From: Phyllobates terribilis
Lineage: Eukaryota
Length of the DNA stretch: 64,000 nucleotides
Reading direction: 5' to 3'
NCBI RefSeq assembly: GCF_046119375.1
Contig: NW_027362761.1
Location: 932,790,001 to 932,854,000, forward strand
Made by a program: the position numbers and the translations under genes. Positions within the stretch are counted from its first letter, which is position 1. Each line of letters begins with the position of its first letter. The notes below the pieces were generated by a model. That model had not been told where the DNA came from. It was given only the letters and a program-made list of their open reading frames with translations, and did no database searches. Below, piece by piece: positions 1 to 15,113 of this stretch.

Positions 1-11
1 GTTTTACCAGG

Positions 12-926
12 GTGCATGGTAGCAGCCAAACTAGTGAGGAAGGTGCAGGAGCCCAGGAAGGAGTGGAGGACGAACTGATGGAAGACTCATCAGATGAGGG
101 AGACCTTGATCACATTTCTGTTGTGCGAGGTTGGGGGGAGAGGACAGAGGAAGGAAGCATGATTGCTACCTCGCCACCAACACAACAGGGACTTGGTGCT
201 CCTGGATGCGCAACACACATGAGTGCCTTCTTGCTGCACTACCTGCAACATGACCCTCGAATTGTGAGAATTAGAAATAATCCTGACTACTGGGTTGCCA
301 CACTGTTAGATCCCCGGTACAAAAGTAAATTTGCAGAAATTATTCCTGCCATAGAAAGGGATGCACGCATGCAGGAGTATCAGCAGAGACTGTTGCAGAA
401 TCTTACATGTGCATTTCCTCAAAACACCAGTGGTGCACGTAGTGAATCTCACAGTTCCAACTTGCCAACCGTGGGACCGTCAAGTGTTCAGCACTCAAAC
501 CGTAACAGAACCACAGTATCTGCTGGTAACATCAATTTTGCGGAATCATTTCACCACTTTTTTAGCCCATCCTTTGCAAGGCCACAGGAGACAAGAAGTC
601 TGACACATAGTCAACGCCTAGAGACGATGGTACAGGAGTATCTCCAAGTAAACATTGAAGCCACGACTGTGTCACTGATCCCTTGCTCTTTTTGGGCTTC
701 CAATCTGGATAAATGGCCGGAGCTAGCCACTTACGCCTTAGAGATCTTGTCATGCCCCGCAGCCAGCGTTCTGTCTGAACGTGTGTTCAGCGCTGCTGGT
801 GGTGTGCTGACAGATAAGGGCACGGGGCTCTCCACTGATAATGTAGACAGACTCACGTTCATAAAGATGAACAAATCATGGATCCGAAACGACTTTTCTA
901 CCCCTGTGTCATCCTGGGGAGAGTAA
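12..926 (+). mobile_element. hAT-superfamily transposase, C-terminal remnant (dimerisation domain); runs off the left edge of the window
   Basis: ORF contains WVATLLDPRYK and FWASNLDKWPELATYALEILSCPAASVLSERVFSAAGG...RLTFIKMN, the hAT C-terminal motif. Confidence 0.9.
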
Positions 927-974
927 AAGCTTGATGATTGGTTAAAATCACCCTACCAACCGTTTTAAGCTTTC

Positions 975-1200
975 AAATTACTAATCATGTTTATCTGTAT
1001 CTTGGCTGGAAAATAATTTGGGCTTTGTAGCAGTGTGCAGCACTGATTCTATTAGGCCATCTATAATAAGCTCCACCAGATTTAAAATTACTAATCATGT
1101 TTATCTGTATCTTGACTGGAAAATAATTTGGGCTTTGTAGCAGTGTGCAGCACTGATCCTATTAGGCCATCTATACTAAGCTCCACCAGATTTAAAATTA
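975..1200. repeat. About 110-bp tandem repeat, 2 copies, just 3' of the hAT transposase stop
   Basis: aaattactaatcatgtttatctgtatctt... starts at 975 and again at 1085. Confidence 0.9.
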
Positions 1201-1243
1201 ATAATAATTTTTAGCTGCATCTAGCCCGAAAAATAATTTTGGG

Positions 1244-2806
1244 GCTCCGAGATGCGCAAGACACATAAGTGCCTTCTTGCTGCACTACCTGCAACATGAC
1301 CCTCATATTGTCAGAATTCGAAGTAATCATGACTACTGGGTTGCCACACTCTTAGATCCCCCAAACTTTTCGATCAACCTTTTCATTTTAATAAAGACCA
1401 AAAAAATGGTCATTTTTAAAATTATAAGCATTAGCAGGTTATTAGAAACTGAAATCAAACAGTTTTCAACTCAAAACTTTATTCTAGGTGATGTTACATT
1501 TTCACATAGGACCCCTTGTTCGAAAGGAGCTTCTGAACTCTCTCGTCCATTGAATTTGTCAGGTTTTGGATGGTTTCTGCTTCAATTGTTTTGCATGAGG
1601 ACAGAATACCCTCCCAGAGCTGTTGCTTAGATGTGAACTGCCTCCCGCCATCATAGACACTCCTTTTGATGATGCTCCAGAGGTTCTGAATGGGGTAGAG
1701 GTCAGGGGAGCATGGGGGTCACACCATAAGTTTGTCCCCTTTTATGCCCATATCAGCCAGAGATGCAGATGTTTTATGTGCAGCATGAGATGGTGCATTA
1801 TCATGCAAAAAAATGATCTTGCTGTGAAATACACGGTTCTTCTTCTTGAACCATGGCAGGAAGTGCTGTTTGAGAAAATCCACATACATTATGGAGTTCA
1901 TCTTTAGCGCCTTCAGGGATCCTAAAGGGGCCGACAATCTCTCTCCCCATGATTCCAGCCCAAAACATTACTCCACCTCCTCCTTCTTGGCGCTGTAGCC
2001 ATGTTTGCATGGGGTGTCCATCAACCAGCCATCCTCCACTCCATCCATCTGGACCATTGAGCGCTGCACGGCACTCATCCGTGAACAAAACAGTTTTGAA
2101 ATCAGTCTTCATGTAATGTTTGGCCCACTGGAGCCGTTTCTGCTTGTGTGAAGTGGATAGAGGAGGTCGACAGGATGGCGTATGCACAGCTGCAAACCTC
2201 TGAAGGACCCTGCATCTTGTTGTTCGGGGGACGTTGGAGGCACCAGCAGCTTCAAAAACTTGTCTGCTGCTATGACAAGGCTTTTTTGCCGCTGCTCTTT
2301 TAACCTGACGTAATTGCCTGTAGGAAAGAGTCCTCAATTTGCCCTTATCAGCACGCACACGTGTGTACTGTGAATCAGCTACATACTTCTTGATTGCCAA
2401 GACACTTCATTCTGATCATCGCACAATGTTGATTGTAGTCATGCCTTGACCTAAACACTCCACAATTTGTTGCTTCTCAGCAGCCGACACATCCTTTTTC
2501 TTTCCCATTTTGGCAGAAAATGTAGGCTGCTTAATAATGTGAGACAGCCTTCTTAAGTAGTCTTGCCTTTCATTGGACACACCTGCCAAACTAATTAGCA
2601 CAGGTGTCTGCAATTGCTTACAGTGATATAAAGAGCCCTGACACACATCACCATCAATGAGTTTAACTGACAAACAAACAAATTCTTCCCTTATCACTCC
2701 TAAACACTTTTTGCATAATAATTTGGAACAAAGTGTACATGTGCTTTTCCACAAAACACCAGTGGTTCACGTAGTGAATCTTACAGTTCTAACTTGCCAA
2801 CTGTGG
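1244..2806 (+). mobile_element. Second partial hAT copy (1244-1360 and 2738-2806) split by a Tc1 insertion
   Basis: 1244-1360 matches about 197-315 and 2738-2806 matches about 405-474 of the first hAT; the Tc1 TIR abuts the TA of ttaCATGTGC. Confidence 0.8.
1361..2735 (-). mobile_element. Tc1/mariner element of DD37E (TRT-like) type; decayed transposase, 3' TIR missing
   Basis: Terminus cactttgttccaaattattatgc followed by TA; FTDECRAALNGPDGW; HD-NAPSH...SPDLYPI-Q with 37 residues between D and the E position; frameshifts and stops. Confidence 0.85.
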
Positions 2807-4630
2807 TCTGTATGGAGTTGTTCAATAAAGGGCCCAAAATTAAGATAACATAGATGGGAGAGGTCTCTATGAATAGGAATTCCTAAGTATTTGATACCCT
2901 GTGAGGGCCAGGCAAAGGGAAAGTTGGACTGGATGGAATCCTATATGGATTTGGGGAGGGAGACATCGAGGGCCTCAGACTTCGCTGCATTGATTTTAAA
3001 ATTTGACCATGTAACAAAGTGATCTATTTCAGCCATAACAGCATGGATGGATATATGTGATTGAGTGATATATACTAGGACATCATCAGCAAATAGAGAG
3101 CACTTGTACTCGGTGCCTCCCACCTCAATCCACCTAATATTGGGGTTATGGCGAATTGATGAGAGCAGGTGCTCCGTCACTAGGATGTATAAGAGAGGGG
3201 ACAGAGGACATCCCTGCCTTGTCCCATTGGTGATTGTGAAAGGTGATGAAAATGTTCTGATGCACCCCCTGGGCCTTGGGACACCCGGAGCCGGACCCTT
3301 TTTGGTGGATGCTGGTGGTTGTAGTCTTCGTGGCGGCGACCCAGTTCCGTGGCTCAGGGTGGTCAAACCAGTGGCGGAACTATTTATGTGGTTTTGATGT
3401 TTAAATGTCCGACTACGCCACCCGTGGATTGCGGTCAGAGTGAACCGCCGCTGCAGGGCAGACCGCTGAGGCTGGTGTTGTGGGTGCAGCAGAGCGTAGC
3501 ATAACTCCCCACGGGAGGAGTATAGCCTCAGGGCAGTGTATGCGGAGGATGGGGGTGATGGTGCAGGGCAGCAGCAGTAACGACACGGAGTCAGTGATGC
3601 AGTCCAGGGCCTTTACTCACAGTTCTTATTATCCAGACCACGTCTGCAGGTAACGGCTGCCCACGTCGTACTGTGCTCACCAGGTGAGGGGCTCAGACAA
3701 CTCCCAGATAACTTTGGAGCGCTTCACAGGACCCCCTTTGTGTGTCCTTTGTCTGGCCTTTCTTACCAACCCTTCTGTCCGGCTGCCTCGGGCCTCCTCT
3801 TGGTAAACTTGGCGCCAGTTTCCCTGACCCTATGTGGTGCCTTCCTAGCGGGTGTAGCGAAGGGCTGCGCCACATAAAATGTTACTGCCTCCGGTTTCTA
3901 GCTGAGGGTCGTTTCCTGCCTCCACTAGTTTCGGGGACCGGTCTCCCCCTTTGGCCTGACCCCTCCACGCAGGTGGATTCGGGCGTGCGGTGGCGACTCG
4001 CCCGTCCGCACCCCTGGGATCCCTTCATTCCTCGTTCCTGGAGCCTTCTCTGCTCCTCTTCCTTCCTTCTCCCTCTTCCAGGCCTGGGCCTCTGTTACTA
4101 GGCCCGCCTCTGGAGCAGAGCTCATACAGAGCCCCTGCTCCCTGCCACTTCTGCTCAGACTTCTCTGCACTGAACTAAGATGGTGCCCACCTTTTATACT
4201 CCCTTCTCAATGCACCCAGGAACTGCTTCCTCCCTGCTCCTGCACTACAGGGTTCCCCTTCCTCAGTGTTCCCTCCCCCCACTCCAGCCAGGGACAGGGA
4301 CTGTCGTGCCCATCTCAGAGGCATATTGGTCGCCCTGCCCCATGGCAATGTGGTGTAATGCATGCAGGTGTCGGGTCCTGATCCACACTCCATCCTTACC
4401 TGAGAGTGAGATATCACACCTCTGGGTGAGGTGCAATACCTCTGTAGCAACCGAGCCCTCAGGGTGCTACAGTTCCATTTATCTTCAGCCTAGGTAACGT
4501 ATTGTGATACAGGGCCGTGATTTTGGCTATAAAAGGGTCCCCTAGACCCCTACCCCAAGCTTTTTAAGAGAATCATATATGGCGTGCCAGGAGACTCTAT
4601 GGAATGCTTTCTCAGCATCCAACGAGAGTA
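2807..4630 (-). mobile_element. L1-type LINE ORF2 (reverse transcriptase) fragment in two pieces (2807-3257 and 4472-4630) split by a solo LTR
   Basis: LSLDAEKAFHRVSW in the 4472-4630 piece; NGTRQGCPLSPLL...LFADDVLVY...FKINAAKSE...IKYLGI in the 2807-3257 piece. Confidence 0.9.
3258..4471. mobile_element. Solo LTR of about 1.2 kb (gypsy-type, inferred) with 4-bp TSD
   Basis: Ends TGATGCACC...GGTGCTACA (imperfect inverted, TG..CA); GTTC duplicated at 3254-3257 and 4472-4475; L1 sequence resumes across the site. Confidence 0.85.
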
Positions 4631-5199
4631 TCTAATTACAAATTTTTAACTGCATCTAGCTCAGGAAATACTTTGTGCCTAGTAGCAGTGTCTGCTAGTC
4701 AGCGGATTATCAAGCTACACCACCTGTAGTTTGGACACTTCATTTTTTCAAAGGAAATGCTTCGGGACCACGGGATACTCAGTGAAGAGCATCAGGAGGC
4801 ACCCCAAGGCATAGGGGCTGAGACTGGCAGTAGGATGCCTTGCGGTGGACAGCCGAGCTCGATCCTTATAAAAGCTTTTTAACTGCAGCAGCTTTAGTGG
4901 ACGCTACTGGAGCTGGAATTACGCGGCTGCTGGCATGAGACTTGCCCTCCAATAGATCCTTGTAAATGGATTTAAAGTGTATTCATTCAAATTAGAGAGA
5001 CAATTTAAATTAAAAAGCTTAGAGCTGCCTCCACCACAGGGGGGCTCGCTCGACCCACCAGCGGACAGGCACCAGTATTGGGAGAGGGGGGCTGGCCGTC
5101 AGGGTTCACCGCGGCTCTGGCACAAACCCGGCGACACGGAGGTGGCACGGGCAGGAGCGGACTGAACGTGTCGGCTTCTCACTTTTTGGATTTTAGAAG

Positions 5200-5617
5200 G
5201 GCATGACATGCCTATATCTGTGTCTCCCCCTCCTTTTACTCCTCCACCTCTTTTCTTTTCACATGACTATATGTACTTGTCACTTTTCCATGTGTTAGTT
5301 GTGTCTTCTGAGCAGTTTGTCAGCTTTTGGACACCTTTGAAGGTGTTTTCTATGTGTTTCTATGTGTTTTTATTTGCCTGCCATTGGTTTTAACGGTGTT
5401 CGAAGGTGTTCGACGAACCGAACCGAACTCGAACACTACGGGGGTGGCTCAACACTAGTGGCAACATAATAAATTCCCACACTTTTACCGAATTTTACCT
5501 ATTTTTGCAGATTTTAAGAAAAAAATGCTTGTGTTTCCAATCACGAATCCATATGTGCCATATTTATGCCGAATTTCAAAATTGGCGATCGTTTTTCATA
5601 CATATTCGCTCATCTCT
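5200..5617. mobile_element. Two hAT-type terminal fragments ending at 5457 (gctcaacacta) and about 5617 (gctcatctct)
   Basis: Same terminal motif as the TSD-flanked hAT at 20794-24785, with gaac/gttc-rich subterminal repeats. Confidence 0.65.
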
Positions 5618-5619
5618 TG

Positions 5620-6570
5620 TCATTATCATGTTGGAATATTGCCCTGCGCCCAGTTTCGGAAGGGAGGGGATCATGCTCTGCTTCAATATGTCACAGTACA
5701 TGTTGGCATTCATGGCTCCCTTAACGAACTGTAATGCCCCACAGCTGGCAGCACTCAGGCCACACGCTTTGCACCATTATCTTGGTCTCATTAGACCACA
5801 GGACATGGTTCCAGTACACCATGTCCTTAGTATTCTTGTTTTCAGCAAACTGTGGGCTTTCTTGTGCATCATCTTTAGAAGAAGCTTCTTTCTGGGATGA
5901 CAGCCATGCAGATCAATTTGATGCAGCGTGCGGCATATGGTATAAGCACTGACAGGCTGACCTATTTTGAAAAGACAGCCTCTGGATATGACACTGAACC
6001 CGTGCACTCAATTGTTTTGGTCAATCATGACGAGGCTAGTTCTGAGTGGCACCTGTCTTGTTAAACCGCTGTATGATCTTGGTCACCACGCTGAAGCTCA
6101 GTTTCAGTGTGTTGACAATATTCTTACAGCCTAGGCAATCTTTATGTAGAGCAGCAAATTCTTTTTTTCAGATCCTCAGAGAGTTATTTGCCATGAGGTG
6201 TCATGTTGAACTTCCAGTGACCAGTATGAGAGAGTAGGAGAGTGATAACACCAAATTTAAGACACTTGCTCCTCACTCACACCTGAGACCTTGGAAAACT
6301 GGTCACATGACCTCAGGGATGAAATATGGCTAATTGGGCACAATTTGGCTATTTTCACTTAGTCATGTACTCACTTTTTTTGCCTAGTAGTTTAGACATT
6401 AATGGCTGCGTTGAGTTATTTAGAGGGCACACCAAATTCATACTGTTATACAAGCTGTACACTGACTACACATTGTATCAAAGTGTCATATCTTAAGTGC
6501 TGTCCCATGAAAAGATATAATACAATTTTTACAAAAATGTGAGGGGTGTACTCACTTTTGTGATATACTG
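5620..6570 (-). mobile_element. Tc1 element; 5' end and decayed transposase, 3' part missing
   Basis: Terminus cagtatatcacaaaagtgagtacacccc next to (TA)n; translation fragments TICRTLHQIDLHGCHPRKKLLL and WNHVLWSNETKI-like. Confidence 0.8.
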
Positions 6571-6625
6571 TATATATATATATATCTAGACAAATAGATG
6601 GATAGATAGATAGATAGATACTGTA
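6571..6625. repeat. (TA)n and (GATA)n microsatellite
   Basis: Directly visible. Confidence 0.9.
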
Positions 6626-7325
6626 GATAGAGAAAAAGAGAAAGAGATTGATGTATAATGGAATGTTTTGAAATTTGAATTTGCTGAGTTTGACAAAGTT
6701 TAAAAAAACTCCAAATGTGCTGAACACATATGTGTAACACCTTGAGGTCTCCTAGATCTGTATCCAATCCTGTTCAACTCCTTTAAAGCAATCACAGTAA
6801 TAACAAAGTGACCTCACCATAGAAATGGGTGGTAGCCCGGTGGTAACCAACAGTCTATTTAAAAACACAGTGCATTGATAGACTTCATTGCTTTTAAAAT
6901 TAAAAAATGGCACTAAAATTATCCGACATTGTCATTTGTAATCAGGCAGACTGATCTGTGCAGAACACTGCCTTAAACTGATGGTGTCGCAGATAGTGGT
7001 ATTATTGAGATGAGTGATGTGCCATCTATTACATTACACACTCAACTTCTTCCCCCTAGTACTGTATGCTTGAATGAGTAAAATGAAGCAAAGTGGCCTG
7101 CATTTGGTAGCACTATTGCCCTGATGGCTTTTGTCATTTGTGGTGGTGATTTAGCAGCTCCAACATTCTTAGCTGTGGCATGTTTTATTTTATTTTCCAC
7201 TACACTATCTATTGCCATTGCCACTATTAATTTGATCAAACAATACTAAATTTAACTTCAGACAAACATTTCAATCCCAATTATTCAACCTTAAAAAAGA
7301 TGTAATAAAAAATGATAGGTACCTA

Positions 7326-8945
<1,620 letters not shown>

Positions 8946-10004
8946 AGTAAATGAATGCTGTGTACAGTTGTCAAATAGGACTACTGTAACTAAAATAGGT
9001 GAATCAATACAGACATGCACAGTTAAATGTCTACAAGTTTACTTTTTCATTTTCAATTTATTCAACAAAATTCTACTCTCTTCTGTTGCATTTAAAGATG
9101 TAATATTTGAGTAACTAAAAAAACAGATGTGCAAAAAACATTGTTAGCTATGTGTACACTTTGTGAAATAATTGCAGTTAAATGTCTAGATTGTGGGTTA
9201 TTATCTTATTATGTTTGTTTAAAAATAATTATTCAACCGTTCAAAAATAGTGATTGTATAAATGCAAAAGCTCCATTCAGTCACTTGTGACAAGTAGTCT
9301 GACACCGATTTCAATTTTGTTGTGATGTCTCACTTATAGTGATGTGAAAGCACTAAAATGCTCGGGTACTCGTTGCTCGAGTCAAGCAAATTGAAATGCT
9401 CAAGTGCTCAGACCAAGTAACGAACACAATCTAAGTCTATGGGAAACTTGAGCATTTTTGCGGCAGCTCCCCGCGGCGGTCTGCAGAGGGCCAAAAAATT
9501 GCCCAAATCGATGGGAACAGTGCTCAAATGACATGGGAACAGCATGGGGAAGACCCTTGGAAGCATTTCTGACTCCCAGGTCAATGCTGTCAACAACGTT
9601 GACAGAGGTATTACGCCACTTTTACGGACTCACAATAAAACATATATATATATATATTTCCTGGGAAATATGTTAAGGAACATCCTTTCCAGGGTAATGA
9701 CTTGTATGTAAGGCAAAATAAATAACCAAAAACAAAAATGCTCCTCAACACATTGGGCTATGTTCAAACGTAGCATTTTTGATGTGTTTTTGCACTTTTG
9801 CATTGCTTTCAATGGTGAAAAAACATTTACCAGTAAATGTCATTTTAACATTTTACTACCTTATCTGGCCATGTGGTGTGTGAAAAATCATCAGACATAT
9901 CATGTTTAATCTATGATGGAGGGACTCTGAAAGCCACAAAGACTATTTTCATAGGGTCTTACTATTCTTAAAGGGCCAACAGTCGGCTATGCTTTGTTGT
10001 TCCC

Positions 10005-10365
10005 ATTATTAACGAGTGGGTCTCCTTTACTGTTATTGCATATGCAGTGAATGCAACGGCTGCCAAAAATTTGGAGGAACTCCAATGTCCCTTGCAAGAG
10101 ACGTAGAGGTCGGAGGGCCTGCTGCAAAAATGCTCCCATTATTAGGAAGTGGCTCTCTCATACTGTTTGCCTCTGCAGTGAAGCAACGGCTGCCAAAAAT
10201 TTGGAGGAGCACCAATTCGCCTTGAAAGAAACATAGAGGTCGGAGGGCCTCCTGAAAACAATGTTCCCATTATTAGGAAGTGGGTCTCCCATACTGTTTG
10301 CCTATGCAGTGAAGTAACGGCTGCCAAAAATTAGGAGGAACTCCAATGTCCCTTGCAAGAGAGGT
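10005..10365. repeat. About 130-bp tandem repeat, about 2.7 copies, inside hAT and 3' of the transposase
   Basis: ggctgccaaaaat at 10058, 10188 and 10319. Confidence 0.88.
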
Positions 10366-13267
10366 AGACATGTTGATATGGTACATATTGTGGTGGAGGA
10401 TGAAATGCGGAGAAGGAGGAGGACAAGAGCAAATAGACAAAATCAGGAATCATATATCCATGTTTGGGTGTGAAAACAGAGGTGCATGGGAATAGAGTTA
10501 GACCTCCCACAAAAAAGACACTGTATTTGAGTTTATGTCACGCTGCTATCATTCAGTGGTGTTGTGAAGTCTGGGCCAATCCAGCTCTTGTTCATTCTTA
10601 TAAGAGTCAGCCTGTCAGAACTTTCAGTTGACAGGCGGATGCACCTATCGGTTATAATTCCACCGGTGACACTACAACCCGCTCTGACAAAAGACTAGCG
10701 GCAGGGCAGGCCAGGACCTCCAAGGCATAGAGAGCCAGTTCATGCCACGTGTCTAGCTTGGATACCCAATAATTATAACCATGGAATCAATGGCACTATA
10801 TAAATTATTAATAATAATAATAAGGCACAGAGGAATCACAGAGGACGTTGGTACAGTCGGCATGGTACTCCCTCACCATCTTCCGAAACTTTTCCTTCCT
10901 TGAGAGAGTACCCCACGCATCAGGGCTTGTGCAATGGGAGGGTCTGAGAAAACTGTCCCAGAACTTTGACAGTGTTCCTCTGCCTTGATTGTCCAAAGAA
11001 CTGTGACCTCTGCTGCCAGCGTTTTCAGATGGGAATTTTTTAAATCATTCCGCAACAAGGGCCATCTCGTACTGCACAATTTTATTACGCCTGTCCTGCA
11101 AGGGAAAAAGAGATAGAAAATTCTCCTTGTAGCGTGGGTCTAGAAGTGTCACCAACTAATGATGACTGTCACCCAAAATTTGGGCAACACGAGGGTCACA
11201 AGAAAGGCAGCGTAACAATCCACGTTGGGATGAGATGAGGCTGGGCTGTGTAGAATCACCCTGTATGGTTCCTTGCTCCATCTCATCATGCTCCGCCTGC
11301 AATGCATCCTCTTTAATTGTGAGCAGAAAGCACTTCAGAAGACAGAGAAGCGGGATGGTGATGCTTATTATGGCATCATCGCCCCTCACCATCTTGGTAG
11401 AGTCTTCAAAGTTTTGGAGGATGGTACATATGTCTGACATATATGTCCACTCCTGAGGTCTTTTGTGTGGAGCCTGAATTGAATACCGATGGCCTTGTTG
11501 ATGCTGGTAGTCAACAACTGCCCTCTCCTGCTCACAAATCCTTCCCAACATCTGCAATGTAGAGTTCCAATGCGTGGGGATATCACAGATCAGTTGGTGA
11601 GCTGGATTCTGCAAATGCTGTTAAAGCACGACAAGGGCGGTGGAAGCTGTACCTGACTTTCTAAAATGGGCACACAGGCAGCGCACTTTGACAAGCAGAT
11701 GTGATAGATCCAGGTAGGTTTTGAGAAACCACTGAACCACGAGTTTAAGCACATGGGCCAGGCATGGTACGTGTGTGAGCTCGCCTCATCTCAGAGCTGC
11801 CACCAGGTTCCCGCCATTGTCACACACTACCATGCCTGGCTGTTGGTTCAGCGGTGTCAGCCACAGATCTGCCTGCTCTTTCAGAGCTGTCCACAACTCT
11901 GCAGCATTGTGCGGTTTGTCACCTAAGCACATTAGCTTCAGCACAGACTGTTGCTGCTTAGCCAAGGCAGTGCTGCAGTACTTCCAGCTTGATGTGGTCA
12001 TTTAAGAAATGGAGGCTGAAGAGGAGGAGGAGGTACAGTAGCTGTGGAATATAGGGGAAACCCTTCTTGACCCAGTCAATCCTCGGCGTTGGGAGGACGT
12101 GTTCCGTCCCAAGGTCTGACTGGGTTCTGGCTTCCACTATATTAACCCAGTGTGCCGTCAGTGAGATGTACCATCCCTGCCCACAAGCACTTGTCCACAT
12201 GTCTGTGGTTAGGTGGACTTTCCCACTAACTGCGTTGTTGAGGGCACGTCTAATGTTGTGGGACACGTGCTCGTGTAATGCGTGGATAGCACCCCGGGAG
12301 AAATAGTGGCGGCTGCGGACCGAGTACCGAGGGATGGAAAGCTTCCATCTCTTTGAGCCTAAAAGGCAACACTTTGAGTGCAAGCATTCGCGAAATGTGT
12401 GAATTTAGTAGTGTGGCCTGTGGGGTGTTGGCTGCATATTTGTGCTTGCGTTCCAAGGACTGGGGTACTGACAAATGAATGCTGTGCTGGGACAAGGATG
12501 TGGACGTGCTTGCTGATGGAGCTAGTTGAGAGTGAGCAATGACAGGTGCAGGCTGGAGGCATCTTGGCATGCGCCATGGACAGGAGATTGGCGTGCACGT
12601 ACAACAGTGGAACAAGCAGTGGTGTCACCCGCAGACACTATTGCTGGACCCTGGGGTTTGGACCACAAAGTCGGGTGCTTTGCTTCCATTTGCCTGATCA
12701 TGCTGGTGGTGGTCAGGCTGCTAATATTGCTACCCCTGCTGATGATGGCCTGGAAGGTGGTGCAAATGGCTTTTTTGGGGTTATCTGCATAGTCTTTAAA
12801 AAAAAAAAGGATCGGGAAATCCTAACAGTTGTTCTGTATGAGGAACGCTTTCCTGCCTTGTGTCTGCAGCAACCACACTTCTTCTTCCTGCCTGTTGTGA
12901 TGCTATGCCACCCTCCCCCTGTGTGCTGCTGTCCTAGCTCTTTATGCCCCCCTGCCAGGTTGGGTCAGTTCCTATATCATTCACCACCTTGTCTTCCACT
13001 TCCGCACCCTGGTCCTCCTCTTGACTTTCTGGCAATTGTGTCTCATCATCATCATCATCCACCTTTTGCGACAGTAATTGCACTTTCCCACCATCACCTT
13101 CATGTAACTGTGGCTGCTCCAATATTTTGGCATTGCTACTCATGTTCTCCTCTTGACTCGCTTGAAGCTGGCCGGGCAAGAGGCCCGAATCTTCAAATGG
13201 AAAAGTGAACAGCTCTTCTGAGTGTCCAAGTGTGGGATCAGTTGTCTCCCGGCACTCGCCACTTGGT

Positions 13268-14833
13268 GAAAACTCATACTTTTATTTATCAAATGAGTTG
13301 CAAAATGATTAGAAAATATAGTCCAGACATTGACAAGGTTAGAAATAATGATTTTTATTAGAAAGAATAATTTTCTCCTTCAAACTTTGCTTTCATCAAA
13401 GAATGCTCCCTTTGCAGCAATTACAGCATTGCAGACTTTTGGCATTCTAGCTGTTAATTTGCTAAGGTAATCTTGAGAAATTTCACCACATGCTTCCTGA
13501 AGCACCTCCCACAAGTTGGAATGGCTTGATGGGCACTTTTTGCGTGCCATACGGTCAAGCTGCTCCCACAACAGCTCAATGGGGTTGAGATCTGGTGACT
13601 GCGCTGGCCACTCCATTACAGATAGAATACCAGCTGCCTGCTTCTTCCCTAAATAGTTCATGCATAATTTGGAGGTGTGGTTTAGGTCATTGTCCTGTTG
13701 TAAGATGAAATTGGCTCCAATCAAGTGCTGTCCACAGGGTATGGCATGGCGTTGCAAAATGGAGTGATAGCCTTCCTTATTCAAAATCCCATTTACCTTG
13801 TACAAATCTCACACTTTACCAGCACCAAAGCAACCCCAGACCATCACATTACCTCCACCATGCTTAACAGATGGCGTCAGGCACTCTTCCAGCATCTTTT
13901 CAGTTGTTCTGCGTCTCACAAATGTTCTTCTGGGTGATCCAAACACCTCAAACTTTGATTCGTCTGTCCATAAAACTTTTTTCCAATCTTCATCTGTCCA
14001 ATGTCTGTGTTCTTTTGCCCATATTAATCTTTTCCTTTTATCAGCCAGTCTCAGATATGGCTTTTTCTTTGCCACTTTGCCCTGAAGGCCAGCATCCCGG
14101 AGTCGCCTCTTCACTGCTGACATTGACACTGGCGTTTTGCGTGTACTATTGAATGAAGCTGCAAGTTGAGGAGTTGTGAAGCTTCAATTTCTCAAACTAG
14201 AGACTCTAATGTACTTGTCTTGTTGCTCAGTTGTGCAGAGGGGCCTCCCACTTCTCTTTCTACTCTGGTTAGAGCCTGTTTGTGCTCTCCTCTGAAGGGA
14301 GTAGTACACACCGTTGTAGGAAATCTTCAGTTTATTGGCAATTTCTTGCATGGATTAGCCTTCATTTCTAAGAACAAGAATAGACTGTCGAGTTTCACAT
14401 GAAAGTTCTTTTTTTCTGGCCATTTTGAGAGTTTCATTGAACAAACAAATGTAATGCTCCAGATTCTCAACCTGCTCAAAGGAAGGTCAATTTTATTGCT
14501 TCTCCAATCAGCCAAACCATTTTCAGCTGGGCTAACATACTTGTGTAAGGGTTTTCTAGGGTTTTCTAAACATCCATTAGCCTTCTTACACAGTTAGCAA
14601 ACACAATGTACAATTAAAACGCTAGAGTGGTGGTTGTTGGAAATGGGCCTCTATACACCTGTGTAGATATTGCAATAAAAACAAGACGTTTGCAGCTAGA
14701 ATAGTCATTTACCACATTAATAATGTAAAGAGTGTATTTCTGATTTATTTAATGTTAGCTTCATTGAAAAAATGTGCTTTTCATTCAAAAATAATGAAAT
14801 TTCTAAATGACCCCAAACTTTTGAATGGTAGTG
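13268..14833 (-). mobile_element. Tc1 (DD34E) element; decayed transposase, 3' TIR truncated
   Basis: Terminus cactaccattcaaaagtttggggtca at 14833; ORFs 13809-14129 (WTDESKFEVFG) and 13380-13805 (QQDNDLNH...WPAQSPDLNPIE). Confidence 0.9.
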
Positions 14834-14852
14834 TGTGTATATATATATATAA

Positions 14853-14895
<43 letters not shown>

Positions 14896-15048
14896 GGAAT
14901 ACCTATACTAATAGGACGTTCAATGCACCCTCTTGTTCTGTATCATGCACTGCAGTCAGCCACATACACTGCCTGCCTGCCTAACTCCTGCTATCACCAC
15001 TGAATATATGCAACTGGATTAGTCCTCAGAAGGACTGGTAGTTCAGTT

Positions 15049-15092
<44 letters not shown>

Positions 15093-15113
15093 ATGTTGTG
15101 GAATACCTATACT
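14834..15113. repeat. Two (TA)n microsatellites (about 14836-14890 and 15051-15088), each followed by tgttgtggaatacctatactaa
   Basis: Directly visible duplicated motif. Confidence 0.85.

Noticed and set aside
4720-5190. Possible L1 ORF1 or inter-ORF fragment
   Set aside because: No diagnostic motif found in six frames; left unassigned
7085-7255. Hydrophobic plus-strand frame (EAKWPAFGSTIALMAFV...) as a transmembrane exon
   Set aside because: In-frame stop immediately upstream with no acceptor between; no homology recognised
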